From positions 1-33,084 of the forward strand of contig CANOHR010000001.1 in assembly GCA_947565875.1 (NCBI GenBank): a DNA stretch of 33,084 bases. Direction: 5' to 3'. A program made the position numbers and the translations under genes. The first letter of the stretch is position 1, and each line of letters begins with the position of its first letter. This document shows, piece by piece, positions 29,781 to 33,084 of the stretch. This stretch comes from an uncultured Pseudoflavonifractor sp. (GTDB lineage Bacteria > Bacillota > Clostridia > Oscillospirales > Oscillospiraceae). The notes beneath the pieces are model-generated. The model had not been told where the DNA came from and did no database searches. It was given only the letters and a program-made list of their open reading frames with translations.

Positions 29781-30734
29781 TTATTCCTGGGTATTTCCCT
29801 GGGCATCCAACAGCCCCTCATAAATGTTTCCGGTGGCCTGCTCCATGGCCTTTTCCTTATACTGAGCTACCAGACCCTGGTCCACCGCAGACTCAATAGC
29901 CAGGTTTACCGCCGCCAGAAGGGCCGGATTGTCCTTGACTACCCCGGCACAAGTGCCGGCAAAGTCGTTGGGAACGTCCAGCACGATAGCGATCTGGGGA
30001 TAGGTGGAGTGGTAAGCCTCGGCGGTATCCATGGACATGTAGGCCCCGTCCAGCTTACCGGCAAGAAGTTCATTGATAATGTCGGTGACCTTTCCCAACC
30101 GGATAATTTCCGCGTTGGGGCTGAACTGATCGGCAAAGTCCGACTGGATGGAACCGATCTGAGCGCCGATCTGGTACTGAGGGTCGCTGGTGGCCTCCAG
30201 GCTGGGGAAGTTGTCCTTGTCCTCCTCCAGACAGATAAAGCACTGGTTGCTCTCCGGGTCTACCTCGTAGGGAACGGTAAAGTCCATGATACCCGTCCGC
30301 TTGGGATCGGCGGCAAGACCCGCCAGGGCGATGTCGGCGGCCTTGTTCTGGATCTCCATCAACACGCCGTCAAAGTCAATGGGCACGATCTCCAGTTCCA
30401 GGCCCAGGTAGCCGGCAATGTATCCGGCCAAAGCAATATCCATTCCCGCCAGGGTAGGGGTCCCGTCATCTCCGATCACATAAAACTCAGCGGGGGCAAA
30501 GTCAGGACTGGTGACCATGGTCAGCTTCCCCTCGTTTACCGTCTGAAGAAGAGGCTTTAACTCATCAATGGTCATCCCGCCGTAGTCTGCGGCCTCCTTT
30601 TCCTCCGGCGCGGAACTTTGGGAGGAGGGCGCCTTGGTCTCCCCGCTTCGTCCGCCGCAGCCGGTAAAAAGGGAAAGGCTCATAGCGGCGCCAAGGCCCA
30701 GAGCCAGAATCTTTTTCGTAGTCAGGTGTTTCAT
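29781..30734 (-). CDS. Amino-acid binding lipoprotein paralog 1 (mirror copy)
   Basis: Identical translation to 2267-3220. Confidence 0.88.
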   Translation of the reverse strand: MKHLTTKKILALGLGAAMSLSLFTGCGGRSGETKAPSSQSSAPEEKEAADYGGMTIDELKPLLQTVNEGKLTMVTSPDFAPAEFYVIGDDGTPTLAGMDIALAGYIAGYLGLELEIVPIDFDGVLMEIQNKAADIALAGLAADPKRTGIMDFTVPYEVDPESNQCFICLEEDKDNFPSLEATSDPQYQIGAQIGSIQSDFADQFSPNAEIIRLGKVTDIINELLAGKLDGAYMSMDTAEAYHSTYPQIAIVLDVPNDFAGTCAGVVKDNPALLAAVNLAIESAVDQGLVAQYKEKAMEQATGNIYEGLLDAQGNTQE

Positions 30735-30962
30735 GTTCATGCACTCCTTTTCCTCTTGGGGATATGCATAATTATACATATTTAGTTTATAAAATACAAC
30801 CCTAATTTCATCGTCATTATCCACAAAAATCCTTTCCATCTTTTGCCTTCAATTGTTTTTCTCGTTTCTTTTATATACCCTTTTGCATGTCAATATGAAT
30901 AATATTCATATTGACATGCAAAAGGAAGCTCCCGCCCACAGGCGGGAGCTTCTCCGGTTTTC

Positions 30963-31568
30963 TTATTCGCCTTTGCAATACTCCAGGATCACCCGGACCG
31001 CCGCGTCCACCCCATGAAGGGAGGAACTAACGCACAGGTCGTAACTCTCGGCGGCGCCCCATTTCCGGTCGGTGTGGAAGCTATAATAGGAAGCGCGGGT
31101 CTTGTCCATCTTCCGCAGCTTCTCCTCCGCCTCCTTCTCACCGACGCCGTCCCGGCGAACCACCCGCTGTAGACGGGCGTCATGGCCGGCGCAGACAAAT
31201 ACCCGCACCAGTCCGGGCTTATCCCGGAGAATATAGTCGGCGCAGCGGCCTACGATCACGCAGCTTCCCTTGGCCGCCACCGACAGTACCGCCTCCCGTT
31301 GAGCGTTAGCGGCCAGCTGCTCCACCGTATTCCCCGCCATGCCGGGGGAAAGGCGCTGCTGGCCCATGACCAGAGAGTAAAGGAAGCTGTTGGTGGGCTT
31401 TTCATCATAACTCTTCAAAAACTCATGACTCAGGCCGCTCTCCTGGGCGGCCACTGCCAGAATTTCTTTATCGTAGTAGGGAATGTTCAGGGCCTGGGCC
31501 ACCTTTTTCCCGATCTCCCGGCCTCCGCTGCCAAACTGTCGACCAATGGTAATATAGAGTTCCGCCAT
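30963..31568 (-). CDS. Cytidylate kinase-like protein (mirror copy)
   Basis: Identical translation to 1433-2038. Confidence 0.85.
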   Translation of the reverse strand: MAELYITIGRQFGSGGREIGKKVAQALNIPYYDKEILAVAAQESGLSHEFLKSYDEKPTNSFLYSLVMGQQRLSPGMAGNTVEQLAANAQREAVLSVAAKGSCVIVGRCADYILRDKPGLVRVFVCAGHDARLQRVVRRDGVGEKEAEEKLRKMDKTRASYYSFHTDRKWGAAESYDLCVSSSLHGVDAAVRVILEYCKGE

Positions 31569-31656
31569 TGCCATCACCCTCCTTTGGTGGCTTTATTATA
31601 ACACACCATTTTAAAAAAAGAAATTAAAAATTATCGGGGTGGCGCCATGCCTTGGC

Positions 31657-31824
31657 GGGCACACAATGTGCGCCCGGGCAGGAATGGAATGCCCCTGGCA
31701 GGACCGTAGGGCGCGGCCTCCCGGATGCACCGCCGATGGTCACCCCCATGGTTCCGGCGCGTCAAGGATGCCGCGCCCTACGAAAGGTGGGATCATTTTG
31801 TAGGGGCCGGTTCCAAACCGGCCC
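31657..31824. repeat. REP-like cluster (mirror of 1177-1344)
   Basis: Reverse complement of 1177-1344. Confidence 0.75.
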
Positions 31825-31923
31825 ACCTGGGAACGGCGCGCCCCGCGAAGTTTTCATTTCCTCCACAAACAACAAAAAGGAGCGGCTGCCTTACGGCAGC
31901 CGCTCCTCAGCATGTTTCTTTGA

Positions 31924-33084
31924 TTACTTCGTGCAGCGGTCAAAGAAGAAGTAGCCCAGGGGGGTGTAGTACATACCCTTCACGTCGGTGTTGAGCATAT
32001 ACTTCTGGGTGTAGAAGTAGATGGGGCCCAGAGCCCAATCCTGACCCATGATAATGTCCTCAGCCTTGTGCATGGCGGCCATACGGGCAGCGGGATCGGC
32101 GGTGGACTTGGCCTCGTTGATGGCGGCGTCGTAGTCAGGATTGCTGTACTGAGCGTCGTTGTTGCCGCCGCCGGTGAGCCACATATCCAGGAAGGAAATG
32201 GGATCGTTATAGTCAGCGATCCAGCCGTTCCGGGCGATCTGATACTCGCCGTCCTTACGGTTCTCCAGGAAGGCAGCCCACTCCTGGTTCTCCAGCTTGA
32301 CCTCCACGCCCAGAGCGGTCTGCCACTGCTGCTGCAGGGCCTCACCGATCTTCTTGTGGTTGTCGGAGGTGTTGTAGAGGTAGGTGACGGTGGGGAAGCC
32401 CTCGCCGTTGGGATAGCCGGCCTCAGCCAGAAGCTGACGGGCCTGCTCGCAGTTCTTCTCATACTGGGCGTCGTCGGTGGCAGGAGTCCAGTAGTCGCCG
32501 CCCTCGGTGCGGAAGTCGCCGTCCGCGCCGGCCACGCCGGAGGGCACAAAGCCGGAGGCGGGGACCTGACCGGTCTGAGTCACGTTCTCCACGATATACT
32601 GGGCGTCGATGGCCAGGGTGAAGGCCTGACGGACCTTAGGATCGTCAAAGGGAGCCTTCTCCACGTTGTAGCAGACGTAGTAGGTGCCGATGTAGGGCAC
32701 GATCCGCAGATCGCCGCTGCTGAGCAGAGAGGGGATCTCGTCCACGGGCATATCCTCGATGAAGTCCAGCTCGCCGGAGTTGAAGCCGGTCAGCATGGCG
32801 TTGTTGTCGTCCATCAGCTTGAAGGTGATGGTGTCGGGGCCCAGCTTGTCGAAATCATAGTAGTTCTCGTTCTTGGCCATGATGATCTGGCTGTTGTGGT
32901 CCCACTGGGCCAGCTTGTAAGCGCCGTTGGACAGGTAGGTCTCCACATTGTGGGTCCAGCCGTCGGGATCGGCGCTCACCACGTCCTCCCGGACAGGGAA
33001 GGCGGCGGGGAAGGCGCAGATCTCCAGGAAGTAGGGGCAGTCGTAGGTCAGGGTGACCACGAAGGTGCTGTCGTCGGGAGCCTC
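31924..33084 (-). CDS. oppA: OppA (mirror copy, 28 codons longer, still 5'-truncated)
   Basis: Frame open to window end: EAPDDSTFVVTLTYDCPYFLEICAFPAA then FPVREDV as in the left copy. Confidence 0.9.
   Translation of the reverse strand, partial: EAPDDSTFVVTLTYDCPYFLEICAFPAAFPVREDVVSADPDGWTHNVETYLSNGAYKLAQWDHNSQIIMAKNENYYDFDKLGPDTITFKLMDDNNAMLTGFNSGELDFIEDMPVDEIPSLLSSGDLRIVPYIGTYYVCYNVEKAPFDDPKVRQAFTLAIDAQYIVENVTQTGQVPASGFVPSGVAGADGDFRTEGGDYWTPATDDAQYEKNCEQARQLLAEAGYPNGEGFPTVTYLYNTSDNHKKIGEALQQQWQTALGVEVKLENQEWAAFLENRKDGEYQIARNGWIADYNDPISFLDMWLTGGGNNDAQYSNPDYDAAINEAKSTADPAARMAAMHKAEDIIMGQDWALGPIYFYTQKYMLNTDVKGMYYTPLGYFFFDRCTK

Overview
The window is one giant zero-spacer palindrome: bases 1-16500 are the reverse complement of 16501-33000 (position i pairs with 33001-i; axis ...CTGCTGCCCC|GGGGCAGCAG...). 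Bases 33001-33084 simply continue the oppA gene of the right arm. The unique content is therefore about 16.6 kb of ordinary GC-rich Firmicute chromosome (Oscillospiraceae/Clostridia-like, by inference). It carries oppA (partial), a cytidylate-kinase-like gene, a polar amino-acid ABC system with two tandem binding proteins and ARG-box-like promoters, an AbgB-like M20 amidohydrolase, an MFS transporter, ridA, typA, an orphan BlaI-type repressor, cinA, an SLH protein and thiI. An ABC exporter gene is cut after 56 codons exactly at the fold axis. Three intergenic regions hold clusters of diverse GTAG-type REP hairpins, and a perfect 47-bp palindrome lies upstream of the amino-acid transporter. The fold-back most likely is a library or assembly artefact; a real inverted duplication or hairpin telomere cannot be excluded without reads. 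I found no convincing novel protein-coding system.
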